A stretch of DNA of 64,000 nt from an uncultured virus (IMG/VR IMGVR_UViG_3300010299_003477) (IMGVR_UViG_3300010299_003477); one strand, 5' to 3'. Numbered from the stretch's first letter, positions 29,757 through 40,961 are shown. A program made the numbers and translations. The notes: generated by a model not told the origin, from the sequence alone.

Positions 29757-31552
29757 TATCTAACTTTTCCTTTGATATCAACTTCTGAAAATTTAATTTC
29801 TGCAACAGCATTCTTTGGAATTATTAGCTGTGTGCCGTCAGGCGATAGGTTTTTGTTGATGTTAAAATCGACATTTGAGTAATTTCCGCCTTTCTTATTA
29901 ATTAGTTTAACAGAAGAAACATCAAGCACTCCTGATACCTTATTTAGCTCATTATAAATATCAGCTATGTTAACAGGTTCTCCAATATAATACTGTGTTT
30001 TAAATTTATTTCTTAACTGTGTCACACAAGCTTCCAGTAAATCAAACTTATCAACATTAGCCTTTGGTTTAACAATAAAATCAATACCAAAGTTAATAAT
30101 GTAAGTATCTAAAATGTCGATTGTATCTGAAAGCATTCTATACTGGTTTAACCAAGTTTTTAAATTATTTTTAATTGTTATATTTGATGTCGTTAGTTTT
30201 CCAAAGCGGTCTTCCGAAATAACGTACATGTTTAAGTTTCTTTTTCTCGCACTTGGATCTCTTTGAACAGAGCAGCGTTTGATGGATCCAAACTTTGCTG
30301 GCATTCTATAAGCAAGATTCTCGTAGTCTGCTTGAGTTACCGCACGGTTCTGTGTTGGGAAAGTATCGTAAATTCTTCTTTTAATCTCTGATGTAGTTGC
30401 ATTGGTGACATTACCAACGATTGGCTCTTCATTACTAACTTCAATAGAGTTTCTAATTGTTGTTAAAACTGAAGAATCTAGGTTTTGTGGATTTGCAAAC
30501 TCCAAGTTTGCAGAACTAACGGCATTCAAAGATCCAACAGCTATGTTTGAGTTAACGGGTTGAATGACTCTATAAGACACATTTAGCGTTGTATTGGTTG
30601 GCACTACACCAAAGCTATCATTTTCAGATAATCTTGAAGGATCGAACGTTGTACTTGATATATATTCTTTTCCAAACAAACTCATAGCAACATTTGATGG
30701 ATCAGCAATAACATCAGTCTGCCCTTCTTTGCCGCTACCAAACTGTAAAATTGTTCTGTTGCGCAATCTTTCAACCACGAACTTGCGAGAAACAAGGAAA
30801 GGCTTAAGAATAGAAGGAACATTATCATTTCTGAAATTATTGTTTGTTGCTTCTTTGAAAATCATGTCTTGAGACAAATAATCAACTTCATAGTATTCAT
30901 TACCTTGCGAATCTCTTACAGAGATAATTTCTGCTATGTTGTTATCGCCAATACTAACTGCTTTAAATCTCTCATACGCGCCGACTTCAACTTGTGTGCG
31001 ACTAAAAAATCCAGAAACAACATTACCATAAGCTTTAATTGCATAATAAGTCGGAGCACCAGTTGTTGTATCCGTTCTCGCAACAACGATTGGGTTTTCT
31101 GGAGATCCAAAATCTACGTTCTCTGTGAGCACAAAGTTAATACCAGTATCTGAAGTAAAGCGCGAGCCTCGTTTTATTGTTGGAATGTAACTTGAATCTG
31201 GTCCGATACCTGTTGAGCTAGCTGGCACAAGCACATAAATTGCCACCTTACCATATGTTGATGGTCTTCCAGTATATTTATAGCCAAGAGTGCGACCATG
31301 ACGGATAACATTATCGTATTGGTAAGCGGTATCTAAAAATGCCTCGTTAACGTTATAATCAAGATAAAAAGACATCTGGTCACCGATGTAAGCAACAGCG
31401 TCCACCATCATCGCACCGAAAGAACCTTGACTGAAATCTTGAAAGCTATCAGGATAAAGACGTTCTGCAATACCTAACAAGTCTCTTCTGATGCCTTCAA
31501 ATTCTCTATTCGTATAATTGATAGGCACTATCTTTTTTTGTTCATCTGACAT
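29756..31552 (-). CDS. Baseplate wedge subunit (T4 gp6/gpJ-like)
   Basis: INYTNREFEGIR, DFSQGSFG, SFYLDY..NEAF, FGSG, QNRAVTQADY. Confidence 0.9.
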   Translation of the reverse strand: MSDEQKKIVPINYTNREFEGIRRDLLGIAERLYPDSFQDFSQGSFGAMMVDAVAYIGDQMSFYLDYNVNEAFLDTAYQYDNVIRHGRTLGYKYTGRPSTYGKVAIYVLVPASSTGIGPDSSYIPTIKRGSRFTSDTGINFVLTENVDFGSPENPIVVARTDTTTGAPTYYAIKAYGNVVSGFFSRTQVEVGAYERFKAVSIGDNNIAEIISVRDSQGNEYYEVDYLSQDMIFKEATNNNFRNDNVPSILKPFLVSRKFVVERLRNRTILQFGSGKEGQTDVIADPSNVAMSLFGKEYISSTTFDPSRLSENDSFGVVPTNTTLNVSYRVIQPVNSNIAVGSLNAVSSANLEFANPQNLDSSVLTTIRNSIEVSNEEPIVGNVTNATTSEIKRRIYDTFPTQNRAVTQADYENLAYRMPAKFGSIKRCSVQRDPSARKRNLNMYVISEDRFGKLTTSNITIKNNLKTWLNQYRMLSDTIDILDTYIINFGIDFIVKPKANVDKFDLLEACVTQLRNKFKTQYYIGEPVNIADIYNELNKVSGVLDVSSVKLINKKGGNYSNVDFNINKNLSPDGTQLIIPKNAVAEIKFSEVDIKGKVR

Positions 31553-31564
31553 TTAAAGTCCTCT

Positions 31565-31942
31565 CTATAAACCAGAAATCGTAAATTCTAAAATATTACG
31601 TATGTTCAAGCCAGTATAACTATAACTAATTCTAATTCCAAGTTGACCTTGATCGATATTAACTGTATTAAAACCAATATCATTTATGGTCAAACCTCTC
31701 ATGTAAACGGAAGCTTGTTCTCTTATTTTACTATCGATTCTTGCATAAACAGTTTGATCGAAGTTTTCAAATAAAAACTGTCTCATTCCCACGCCATAAT
31801 TAGGATCCATTACTCTTTCACCTGGGTTTGTAAGAAGCAACATTTTTAAATTTTGTTTTATAAGTTGATTGAAGTTCTTAATGTTGGCAAAGCCATCAGC
31901 AGAATTTCTAATAAGTGGCAAACTAGGAGCTAATCCAGACAT
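31565..31942 (-). CDS. Baseplate/sheath initiator (gp25/gpW family)
   Basis: NLKMLLLTNPGERVMDPNYGVG...LFE. Confidence 0.92.
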   Translation of the reverse strand: MSGLAPSLPLIRNSADGFANIKNFNQLIKQNLKMLLLTNPGERVMDPNYGVGMRQFLFENFDQTVYARIDSKIREQASVYMRGLTINDIGFNTVNIDQGQLGIRISYSYTGLNIRNILEFTISGL

Positions 31943-31986
31943 ATAATGTTTCCCTCATCAACTATAAATACAACCTCGTTTGCTTT

Positions 31987-34900
31987 TTAGTCGCAAAGAT
32001 TTCCATTAGCATCAAATGGATTAGTTCTTAATTTACGACGCTTCCACCACGGCAACAGTCTTTTGCCAGGAGCAGGGCGTAAAGCTTCTCTTAGTTTTTT
32101 AAACTCTATTTGTGCTGGCGAGCTTTGGTTTCCAAACTCTGCGTTATCAAAGTCGCGAGAATTGTAATAATTTTTGAACAGCTTTTTGATTCTATAAGTT
32201 GAATTCTTAAGCAATTCTTGATCCCAATTATCCCACTCAAGAACCCCTACCCCGCCAAACAACCCAGGGGCTCGATCTTTATAAGACGCCCATGCACCAT
32301 CGGGAGCAGTTGCTTCGTATTCCGTTATATTTCCAAATATATCTTGAGTTTGTGTTGGCTCTCCAAATTTTTCAATTTCAATTCCATTAACTTCTGTCGT
32401 TGTTATTTGAACCCCCGGCTTTCCACCAAAATCAAAGTCTAATGATCGTTTAAATGTTTGACCTTTTTCAACGGTTACCTCGCCAATAGAAGGCAGCATT
32501 GCCACATCGTTGTAAATGGCAGCTATTGCCACAAGCTTATTGAAACCAAAAACATACTGACTAGCAAGAATATAATCTTTATCTTTCTTTAAATGGTTTA
32601 TTAAACAAAGTAAATTTAAACTATCGCCAGTTAGATTTTTGAAATCAGATAACGGAAGATCAAGTGCATCAATTTCAACAGAAGTTATTTCTCTGTAAAT
32701 ACCATTATAATACGTCCCAAAAGCTAAACCGTATCTAACTCCAAGCTTACCTTTGATACCAACAGCATTTCCACTTTCGTCCTCTATTAACCTCATGTCG
32801 CCAGGATAAACTTCGGAGATTAATAAATCAAGATTTTCATTTGAAGTTATTTCTGATGAAGCTTCTGTTGGGCTATACCTCTCTCCATTGATTGAAATAT
32901 ATTTTTGTAATGCGAAAGGCTGTGCCTGATCGTAACTAAATCCGCTACCGTACTCTGGAACGTCACCAACTTTAACTTCTACAATATTCGCAAATGGAGT
33001 TAATATATCTTGTGATGCTTCTTCGTCATGATATTCCCCAGCCATGTAAATTGGAAGACCAGTCGTTGAATCGATGTGAACATGATAATAGCCAATATAT
33101 TCTTGTCCAACTGTTCTAGTTCCTTCATTTGATTCTGAAACAGTTAGTTGTGCTCCGTTTGTGTAATAAGGCTCCTCAACTTCCTCGTTTTCTTCGTAAG
33201 GAATCGTTGGCAAGTCTCCATTAGTCGCGGAGTAAGTCCCATCAACATTTAATGATTCGTTAAGTGTTAGTGTCGAACCTTGACACATTTTTTCAAAAAT
33301 ATAATAATCTAAATCAAGGATGTCTGGCTCAAGATTAATACGTTTTAAATTAACCATAAAGTTCTTGCCCATCTCATTTAATTGCTGGACAACGAAATCT
33401 GTTAATATTAGTTTTGCATCTTCTTCTGTGTCCCTAACAGCTTCAAGATTTTTCTTTTGTCTGTAATTTTTAAGGTTAGTTAAGCGGTTAATTTCACCAA
33501 TCTCAACTGCTTCTTTTCTTTCTTCTTTGTAGGGATACTCGTACTCTTCTTGGAGGTCGTTTAACCTAAAGAGCGCATCTAAAACTTCAGGTGGAGCTTC
33601 GATTTTTCCAATATCTACAAGATAAGCATAAGTCTGAACTGACTGCTCTAAGAAAGAATACCAGAATTCATCGTCGCTGAAAAGGTTGAAGATCTCCCAC
33701 GGAGGGTTTTTAACATCTCTAAATGACTTTTCCATGTTCTCAACAATAAAAGAAGCATAAACAGAGCTAAATATCTGCGGGAACTTTGGAGCAAAACGAG
33801 AAAATGTTGGGAGAGTCTTAATCATGCTCGCGCTAATAAAGATGCGTGTTGCTGCCATAATAAGCCCTTGCATACTGGCTTTGGCAGCACGAGTCATAAC
33901 TCTGTTATACGGAAGCTCAACTATGCAATCTTCGTCGTATTTTAATCGCTCATCTTCTGGGATGTTGGGATAAATTTCGTCTATCATATCTTGAATAGAT
34001 TCAAAATTAACAACATCTGCAATTTGTGGCTTGCACGCACTTAACTCAGGAAAGAATACATCCACCACACCCATCCAACCTTCAGGCGTTTGTGGCTTGA
34101 TGTATAGTGGTGGACTAACATAATTTCCACCGTACTTTGCAGGATCAAGATAAAAGATTCTAGTTTTATCTGGCGTTTCAGCAATATCATTTTTGTATTG
34201 ATCATAGCTGATACCCAAGATCATGTCTCTATTTGAATATCCAGTATCAGCATACGGAACCCATTCACCGTCTTGGTTGATACCATATGCCGTATCTTCT
34301 TCTGTTAAGTTCTCAAACTGCGCACCATAATTCCAAGCACTTTGGTCGCTTTCATAATCCGAGATTGTAGTAAAAACAGTTTTTGAGAATTGTTTTATTA
34401 CTTGCGCACGTAGTTTATTGACATCTGAAATTGTAATAGAATCATCGTTTTTCATTTCCAGCATTTCTTTGAATAAAGTTGATTGAGGCGGGCTTGCTGG
34501 CTTGTCGCCGCCGAACTGACCTATAAAACTTGGGTAGTTATCATTTAAATATAACTCCATACTATCGCCATTAGGAGCAATTCTCGTTAAAGTATTATCA
34601 ACGCCAATAAATTCGTATTTTAAATCTGTGATAATTGAAGGATCTTTCTTCTCGGCTGTTGAAGTTGCTGCATCTGAGCTTATTTCGTCGCCTTCTCCTT
34701 CAAATACTGGAGGAATAAAATCACTATTAATTTCGTTTACTTTTGCATTTTGGTTGTTGTAGTCGTAAATTCTAATGCGTACATTATCGCTAAAGATGTT
34801 TTCTACAGATCCAGATTCATTTAAAGCTAAATCCCCAAAGAAGCTTTGAAGCTCGAAGCCCCAACTAAAATCTGATTCATCAGTAGCTTTTAATCCTTTT

Positions 34901-37900
34901 GCATTATCATAATAAGTAAAAGATAAATCAGGTTCAGCTTTTCTTGGTAAATAAGTAAACTGAACTTCTTCTATTTTACCATCAGATTCTATTGGCTGAA
35001 CATCTACATTATATCCAAGGTCAGGTATACCAAGAAGATCGACACTTCCAAATATACCATCCATGCCAAGTTCCTTCAGTGATAAAGACCATTGCTCTTC
35101 TTCTGAAACTTCGTTGTTTATATTTGTTGTGATTGAACTCCCTATGTTATTCATTTCTTCTTGAAGATACGCAGCAACTTTTGTTGGGAAAGCTCCTCTT
35201 TGGAAATCAGCAATAAACGGAGTAAGTGCAAGACCAAGGAGCGGATTTGTTAAAAAGATTGCAGCCATTTGAGCATCAGTAGGTGAAAATGTTCCGTACC
35301 CATCAACGTAATTTGGTCTTAAAATTGCTCTTCTTGTATGCGCGGTAAGGGGAATGCCCATAGTGTCAGACAACATCATGTTGATTAAACCCCAATTATC
35401 TTCACCAGGACCGTTGCCAATCATGTCTTTTGAATAATCAACTTGTAACTGTTCAAAATCTCCACCAATCGCGAACGTTGTTGATTGTGATGCAACTTCG
35501 GACTCGTAAGGAATAATGCCGTTATTACAACCAGGATCTGAAACTAACGGCGGCATTTGCTGCTGTAAATAACAAGCAATACCATCAGGCTTTGAAATAC
35601 AATCCAAAACATTTGCAAAATCACCTAAATCCTCAAGACCTCTTGAGTTATCGCACATTTGAGAGATTTGTTCTGGTGATGCTCTGCCTTCTAATATTGA
35701 GAATCTTGTTTCACAAAAGTTTTCCACTAAAGCTGGATCCAAACAGATGCTTGGGTTTGCTGGACTATCATCTAAAATGTTGCCCAAAGATTGACCTAAA
35801 GAATCTCTAAAATCGGCTGGCATAAGCTTGCCCATATTGCCAAAAAAACTTCCAATTGCTTGTCTGTTTGGAATCGTAGATCTATAATCTGGATACTCAT
35901 ATTCAATAAGAGAATCAATTATTGAAAGAGTTTCGTCTGTTGCTTGCCCGAGGATTAACTGCGTTAACTCTGCTTGTGTTAGTGATGAACTAACATCTTC
36001 AGCAAATTGCAAAGTTTGTTCTGTATTTGCAAGAGCAGCAGAACCAACTCCGAGAGAAGCAACCATATCTATAATTGTATTATCAACGTCTTCGCTTGCT
36101 GCATTCTCTCCGCAAATAGACTCTCTAATTAAGTTTACTAAATTTTGTCTTCCAGTTGAAAGCTGGGGGCTGTTCGACAAAATATCCCCTGCTAATTCTA
36201 GTCTATTACAAGTTGCGTTTCCAAGTGTTTGGCAAATCTTAACAATTAATTTAATTAAGATCTTCATTATTGTAACTTGAATTGTGCATCGAATAGCTGC
36301 GAAAAGGGATGCGGTCAAATCAAATCTAAGAGGCAACCAAACAAATGGATTTTGAAAATTTGGAAATGTTAGATCATCTATGTTCTCACAAAAAGGTAAA
36401 TCAATTTCTTTAATAAAATCAATTATGCTTGGCTCGAAAAGAGGTGGCACTGGACAATCCACCAAAGCAATAATATTTGAAATTAAACGTGCGCCTGGGA
36501 ATCGATTTAATTCATCTACTAATTCTAATAAGTTGTTTCCATAGACCTCAAGCATTGCTTGGATATAAGCTTCCAATACGATACTAGAACTCAATTTATT
36601 TGCCGCAGATGCCGGATCTAGCTGACTAGCAAGTGTTCTTTTTTCTTGTTGCGTTTGTTGGTTACTGGAATTTGCTCCCGTCGTGTCATTTAAGCTTTCT
36701 GAACCAGCATCATTATCTTCCCACGGAGGTAAAGCAGAAATATTTCCAGCAGCTATTGCATCAGAAATTTCTTGATTTGTTGAGCCTTCTTTAAAAATAT
36801 CGCCACTTTCTAGCTTTTGCTTTACAAGGGCGTCTAGTTCTGCTTGTTTGTCTGGGGGCAAGCCTACAAATAAATCTCCAAAATTGGTTATTGACATTCC
36901 ACGTAGAGCAGATTCAGTAATTTTAGAAAGTGATTCTTCAAGTGTCAGACCGCTCATCAAACAATTAATAACATCAATTAGCGCATCATAAAGACCACAT
37001 AATTTAATATCGTCTAACCCAAGCTCCCACAATTGATTAATGTCAAAATCGGTACTACTGCCAGTTGAACCGCCAGCAAAACAAGAAATAAAATTAATTT
37101 TGTCTAACGAACTAGATCCTCCAATAAGAATCGTGTCACATAAATTTAAAAATGGTTGTTTGCCTTGTTCAAGCTCGGCGTAAGCTTGCTCTAAAGCCAT
37201 CGCTTTCATATTTTGTTCAGCTTCGTCAAGATTTCCAACAGCCACAAGGGTTCTAACTTCTAACGAAAAATCTAGGTCGGCTGTAAACCTGTTTTCTCTT
37301 TTTGCTTCGCTTACAGACTTACACAGCGATTCGTGGAACTTATAAGCAATAGCATCACCAATACCAAATACATCATCTAAAATATCTTGACCGAGTTGCT
37401 TTCCTTCTTCTGCAAGCGCACTTGCAATACAACTTCCGGCAGACAAATTAGCTGTTAAGTTATCGCCACCAGCGGAATAGACTTCTGGAAATGTATGTTT
37501 AATAACAAAATCAAGCCAAGGTAAGGGCTCTCTTGCTGTTAAGTCAGTTTCCATCTCTTTCATGCGAGAGAAATAATAAACTGCTGTTTGATCTTTCCAC
37601 GCTTGCTTGCTGTTTAAATCGTTACACCTTTTCTGTCCCCAAACAATAGGCTTAGAACCACACGCTTCATAAAAAAACTCTATTTTCTTGACAACATACC
37701 GACTAAGATTTTGATTAAAAGTAATAGTAAATGTAGCTTCTGTAACTACATTTCTGCCTTTTAAGAATAGTCCATCTGTGCCTGGGATTGAATAATTGTA
37801 TTTTGAAAAGAAAGCTCCAAGGTCGTCTATTAAAGACTTCATGCTTGAGTTGCCAAACCCAAAATCACCATAGTTGCCTAAGTTGAAAACACGATCATCG

Positions 37901-38535
37901 TCTAAAAATCGAAGACTTTCTTCTTGAGTGAACTGATATGCTTTATAATAGCGGTTATAAAGACTAAGACCTTTACGAATTTTAAGTGCTAAAATGGCGA
38001 TCTCATCACCAGAATAGGTAAATTCAATATCTCCAGCTTCTGTTTCTGATTCTTCTTCTGAATCTGATTCTCCAATAGCGTCCAGAACTTCAATTGGGAC
38101 AGAGTAAAGTAATTTTAATTTAGAGAATTGTCGTGGATCAAGATAATAATCAGTATACTCAAGATTTTCTTTTATAAAAGAGCGAGTTCCTTCTGTGTCG
38201 TTTTTATTGTAAGACAACAAAAGAAACTCAATTGCTTGATCAGAATAAGCATCATAAATATTATTTAAAGCGCTTTGAGCTTCACTATCTGACATTCCAT
38301 CTGTATAGCCAGTATTTGATTCTGTTGTAGTAATAGTAATTTGGTATTGGCATTCTCGACCATTAAAATACGGCTCGTATTCCGTCAAGTTGTACCAAAT
38401 AGGAATTATCGCATTTGGATCTGGAGTGCAAGTGGGACATTCTTTAACGTCTTCTATTCTTACTTCTTCTTTACAAGAATCGTTAAACCCATCACCATCA
38501 ACATCTTGGAATGGTAAAAACTTTGATTCAGCCAT
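31987..38535 (-). CDS. Very large acidic hypothetical protein, probably baseplate-associated
   Basis: 2182-aa ORF between spike and gp25 genes; many Cys; no family recognised. Confidence 0.7.
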   Translation of the reverse strand: MAESKFLPFQDVDGDGFNDSCKEEVRIEDVKECPTCTPDPNAIIPIWYNLTEYEPYFNGRECQYQITITTTESNTGYTDGMSDSEAQSALNNIYDAYSDQAIEFLLLSYNKNDTEGTRSFIKENLEYTDYYLDPRQFSKLKLLYSVPIEVLDAIGESDSEEESETEAGDIEFTYSGDEIAILALKIRKGLSLYNRYYKAYQFTQEESLRFLDDDRVFNLGNYGDFGFGNSSMKSLIDDLGAFFSKYNYSIPGTDGLFLKGRNVVTEATFTITFNQNLSRYVVKKIEFFYEACGSKPIVWGQKRCNDLNSKQAWKDQTAVYYFSRMKEMETDLTAREPLPWLDFVIKHTFPEVYSAGGDNLTANLSAGSCIASALAEEGKQLGQDILDDVFGIGDAIAYKFHESLCKSVSEAKRENRFTADLDFSLEVRTLVAVGNLDEAEQNMKAMALEQAYAELEQGKQPFLNLCDTILIGGSSSLDKINFISCFAGGSTGSSTDFDINQLWELGLDDIKLCGLYDALIDVINCLMSGLTLEESLSKITESALRGMSITNFGDLFVGLPPDKQAELDALVKQKLESGDIFKEGSTNQEISDAIAAGNISALPPWEDNDAGSESLNDTTGANSSNQQTQQEKRTLASQLDPASAANKLSSSIVLEAYIQAMLEVYGNNLLELVDELNRFPGARLISNIIALVDCPVPPLFEPSIIDFIKEIDLPFCENIDDLTFPNFQNPFVWLPLRFDLTASLFAAIRCTIQVTIMKILIKLIVKICQTLGNATCNRLELAGDILSNSPQLSTGRQNLVNLIRESICGENAASEDVDNTIIDMVASLGVGSAALANTEQTLQFAEDVSSSLTQAELTQLILGQATDETLSIIDSLIEYEYPDYRSTIPNRQAIGSFFGNMGKLMPADFRDSLGQSLGNILDDSPANPSICLDPALVENFCETRFSILEGRASPEQISQMCDNSRGLEDLGDFANVLDCISKPDGIACYLQQQMPPLVSDPGCNNGIIPYESEVASQSTTFAIGGDFEQLQVDYSKDMIGNGPGEDNWGLINMMLSDTMGIPLTAHTRRAILRPNYVDGYGTFSPTDAQMAAIFLTNPLLGLALTPFIADFQRGAFPTKVAAYLQEEMNNIGSSITTNINNEVSEEEQWSLSLKELGMDGIFGSVDLLGIPDLGYNVDVQPIESDGKIEEVQFTYLPRKAEPDLSFTYYDNAKGLKATDESDFSWGFELQSFFGDLALNESGSVENIFSDNVRIRIYDYNNQNAKVNEINSDFIPPVFEGEGDEISSDAATSTAEKKDPSIITDLKYEFIGVDNTLTRIAPNGDSMELYLNDNYPSFIGQFGGDKPASPPQSTLFKEMLEMKNDDSITISDVNKLRAQVIKQFSKTVFTTISDYESDQSAWNYGAQFENLTEEDTAYGINQDGEWVPYADTGYSNRDMILGISYDQYKNDIAETPDKTRIFYLDPAKYGGNYVSPPLYIKPQTPEGWMGVVDVFFPELSACKPQIADVVNFESIQDMIDEIYPNIPEDERLKYDEDCIVELPYNRVMTRAAKASMQGLIMAATRIFISASMIKTLPTFSRFAPKFPQIFSSVYASFIVENMEKSFRDVKNPPWEIFNLFSDDEFWYSFLEQSVQTYAYLVDIGKIEAPPEVLDALFRLNDLQEEYEYPYKEERKEAVEIGEINRLTNLKNYRQKKNLEAVRDTEEDAKLILTDFVVQQLNEMGKNFMVNLKRINLEPDILDLDYYIFEKMCQGSTLTLNESLNVDGTYSATNGDLPTIPYEENEEVEEPYYTNGAQLTVSESNEGTRTVGQEYIGYYHVHIDSTTGLPIYMAGEYHDEEASQDILTPFANIVEVKVGDVPEYGSGFSYDQAQPFALQKYISINGERYSPTEASSEITSNENLDLLISEVYPGDMRLIEDESGNAVGIKGKLGVRYGLAFGTYYNGIYREITSVEIDALDLPLSDFKNLTGDSLNLLCLINHLKKDKDYILASQYVFGFNKLVAIAAIYNDVAMLPSIGEVTVEKGQTFKRSLDFDFGGKPGVQITTTEVNGIEIEKFGEPTQTQDIFGNITEYEATAPDGAWASYKDRAPGLFGGVGVLEWDNWDQELLKNSTYRIKKLFKNYYNSRDFDNAEFGNQSSPAQIEFKKLREALRPAPGKRLLPWWKRRKLRTNPFDANGNLCD

Positions 38536-38559
38536 ATAATTTACCTTTGTGTACAGTAG

Positions 38560-39534
38560 TTAGTTTGTTTTAACGTTTTTAGATACGATGTAGCGATCAG
38601 CGGTAGCTCCAATATATCTATTTTTCCAAAGTGTTGAATTGACTCTTGTTTGGTACAAAGAAGTTAAAACTTTAGATGCATACTGGCTGTTTCCATAAGC
38701 AACAGCAGGAGCCTGCCACGGCAAAGGACTAACACCAAGAGGAATATTAACACCTATTTGTATTAATGTCATATTAAATACTGCACTCCAAAGTTCGCCT
38801 ATAATGTCGTTTAACTCTGAAATACAAAGCTCTGTTCTTTTTCCTAAAGCCACGCCTTGAACTTGGTCAAATGCATCTTTGCTATTGAATTTTAAGCTAT
38901 AGTTATTGCCTGCGACCAATTCAATTTTTGGAGCTTTTGATTCTAAAACACCACCAAGAGAATTTGTTTCACCTTTAGGTCCAAGTTTGCCACCACGCAT
39001 TTTGCCAGTAGTAATCTTGACTCCTTCGCGCCCGATAATACGCACACCATCTGCTTTAATGCCAATACCAGAACGCGCTATTAATCCTCGTCCTTCTTTT
39101 TTTGTTGGCGAAGATTCTAATCCAAAGATCTGATCAATGTCGCAGAGCCTTGAAATATAAATTCTTGCTGCATCTGCTGAAAAGTTATTATCAATAACAG
39201 AACCTTCTTTCGGTCCTTTTCCACCATAAGTCGAAGAATGGCGACCTACAACCAAATCGATTGAAGAAGCTGGAATACCTTTGGCACCATATCCGCTTGT
39301 TTTACCGGAAGGAGGAACTTGACCAAATACAATATAAGCACCTTTATTTTCAAGTTGGGAAGCGCCAGCGGGAGTATCGTAAGTAAAAGGAGTGCCGTAT
39401 AAAGGCGTGTTAAATAATCCAGTTCCAGTAGGTACTGAGTTTATTTGTGCTCCAGAATCAATAATCTCTTGTGCGGTTAGAGTTGGATCTTCTGAATTGC
39501 CTTTGACTAAATCTGATAATTTCTTTTTTGCCAT
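38560..39534 (-). CDS. Baseplate central spike-like protein
   Basis: Short beta-strand repeats ARIYIS...SGIGIKADGVRIIGREGVKITTG; position next to hub and gp25. Confidence 0.55.
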   Translation of the reverse strand: MAKKKLSDLVKGNSEDPTLTAQEIIDSGAQINSVPTGTGLFNTPLYGTPFTYDTPAGASQLENKGAYIVFGQVPPSGKTSGYGAKGIPASSIDLVVGRHSSTYGGKGPKEGSVIDNNFSADAARIYISRLCDIDQIFGLESSPTKKEGRGLIARSGIGIKADGVRIIGREGVKITTGKMRGGKLGPKGETNSLGGVLESKAPKIELVAGNNYSLKFNSKDAFDQVQGVALGKRTELCISELNDIIGELWSAVFNMTLIQIGVNIPLGVSPLPWQAPAVAYGNSQYASKVLTSLYQTRVNSTLWKNRYIGATADRYIVSKNVKTN

Positions 39535-39537
39535 TTT

Positions 39538-40662
39538 TTATCTACCGTCTATGCTCCAGTGCCAGGGTTCTTCCCTATAATTTTTAAAACCATCTGTCTT
39601 TTTCTCTAAATCCAGCATGTAGTTGTAAGTTTTTGAATTTTTAGCTGAATCAGTACCTAGAATGCCAGAAAAGTCTATCGCAAGACCAAATAAATGTCGA
39701 GAACCATCTTCTGGCGATTTAGTTGGGATAGGAGCAGCAGGAGGTTCAAAATTGCCATCGCCAGAACTTATTGTCAAAAGTTGTTCATAGGTAAAATCGT
39801 TTCCTGCTTTTATAGAATTAGTTATTCTTAGTGACATTTGCGTCTCCACGCTTCTAAGTCCACCTCCAGCGTCGAATTTTTCACCAAACCCTTGTGCTTT
39901 AACGTTCTCGTAAACTTCTTTTACTTTATCCCAAAAAACGGGGTGTAAAGTTACATTCTTTGTTCCTATCTTGCCTGTCTTACAAAGCACTATGTCATAG
40001 CCGCCTATGCCGCCACAATGTCCCTCTGGAGGAAACAATTTTGCTGCGTTAGGGTACTGGCTTGTCCAGTAGTCATAAAGCTTTTGTGTATTTTCTATAT
40101 TACCTGGATTTTCACCATTCCTAAGTTCTGCTAAAGAAAAAACTGGAGATGTGTCAAAAGCATCTTTTAAACTTTCACAAGGTGCGCCGCCCTCTGGTGA
40201 TTTTTGGAATATTTCTGATATTCTGGATAATTCTATTGTTTGTAAGTCAAAATCTCCAACATCAGATGCGCGACATTCACCCACGATCTCATCACCAATT
40301 TGTAGATTGCCAACGTCAGGGCTGATTTTTGTACTAGCTATTATTCTTGTATGCAAACTACCAAGAACATTTTGTTTGTAAGGATCAGAAGCGACAGAAA
40401 GATCACAAATGTCAGGCAAGTAACTTTCATGAGCCATATTGTTTTGTAATATTCTTCCCATAAAAATAAACTTAGTTTCGGCTCTTCCATCTTCTGTCTC
40501 CTTCTCCTCGGTATCACCACTTGAAGTTTGAGGTCCAGAAAATCTTGTTGGCTTACTAATCACCCTAATCTTAAAGGAGTTTTCGTTTTTAAACGCATTT
40601 GTTCCATCGTCAAGTGTTTTAACAAAAAGAATCTCTGCTAGCTCCCTTAATGAAAGAGACAT
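39538..40662 (-). CDS. Probable hub-associated protein with C-terminal M15 (VanY-like) peptidoglycan peptidase
   Basis: GLRSVETQ, SRHLFGLAIDF, EEPWHW. Confidence 0.8.
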   Translation of the reverse strand: MSLSLRELAEILFVKTLDDGTNAFKNENSFKIRVISKPTRFSGPQTSSGDTEEKETEDGRAETKFIFMGRILQNNMAHESYLPDICDLSVASDPYKQNVLGSLHTRIIASTKISPDVGNLQIGDEIVGECRASDVGDFDLQTIELSRISEIFQKSPEGGAPCESLKDAFDTSPVFSLAELRNGENPGNIENTQKLYDYWTSQYPNAAKLFPPEGHCGGIGGYDIVLCKTGKIGTKNVTLHPVFWDKVKEVYENVKAQGFGEKFDAGGGLRSVETQMSLRITNSIKAGNDFTYEQLLTISSGDGNFEPPAAPIPTKSPEDGSRHLFGLAIDFSGILGTDSAKNSKTYNYMLDLEKKTDGFKNYREEPWHWSIDGR

Positions 40663-40664
40663 GA

Positions 40665-40961
40665 TTATGACTCCTGATTACTATCTTGGAGCATATCAAA
40701 GATGTCATTTTTATCGTCGTCTGTAAGCTCAAAAGATTGAATTTTTGCTTTTTGACGTAAACCGATAATTTTAACTAACTGCTCGTTTGAACGTTGCATG
40801 GTTTCTATATGTTTTGCAGCTACAGGTGAAAGATATTTATTATTTTCTGCATTAACCGCGATTTGGTTTGCGATCTCATTTAAAAACTCACGAGCTATCT
40901 TGCGATCATCTCGTATGTTGTCTAATGCTTCGCTAATTAATGAATCAATATCTTTGCTCAT
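40665..40961 (-). CDS. Hypothetical helical protein
   Basis: Start placed at ATGA overlap with upstream gene (MSKDID). Confidence 0.65.
   Translation of the reverse strand: MSKDIDSLISEALDNIRDDRKIAREFLNEIANQIAVNAENNKYLSPVAAKHIETMQRSNEQLVKIIGLRQKAKIQSFELTDDDKNDIFDMLQDSNQES

Noticed and set aside
31963..31970. T4-type TATAAATA late promoter on the plus strand
   Set aside because: It points away from all genes; better read as a variant of the minus-strand TATTTA motif
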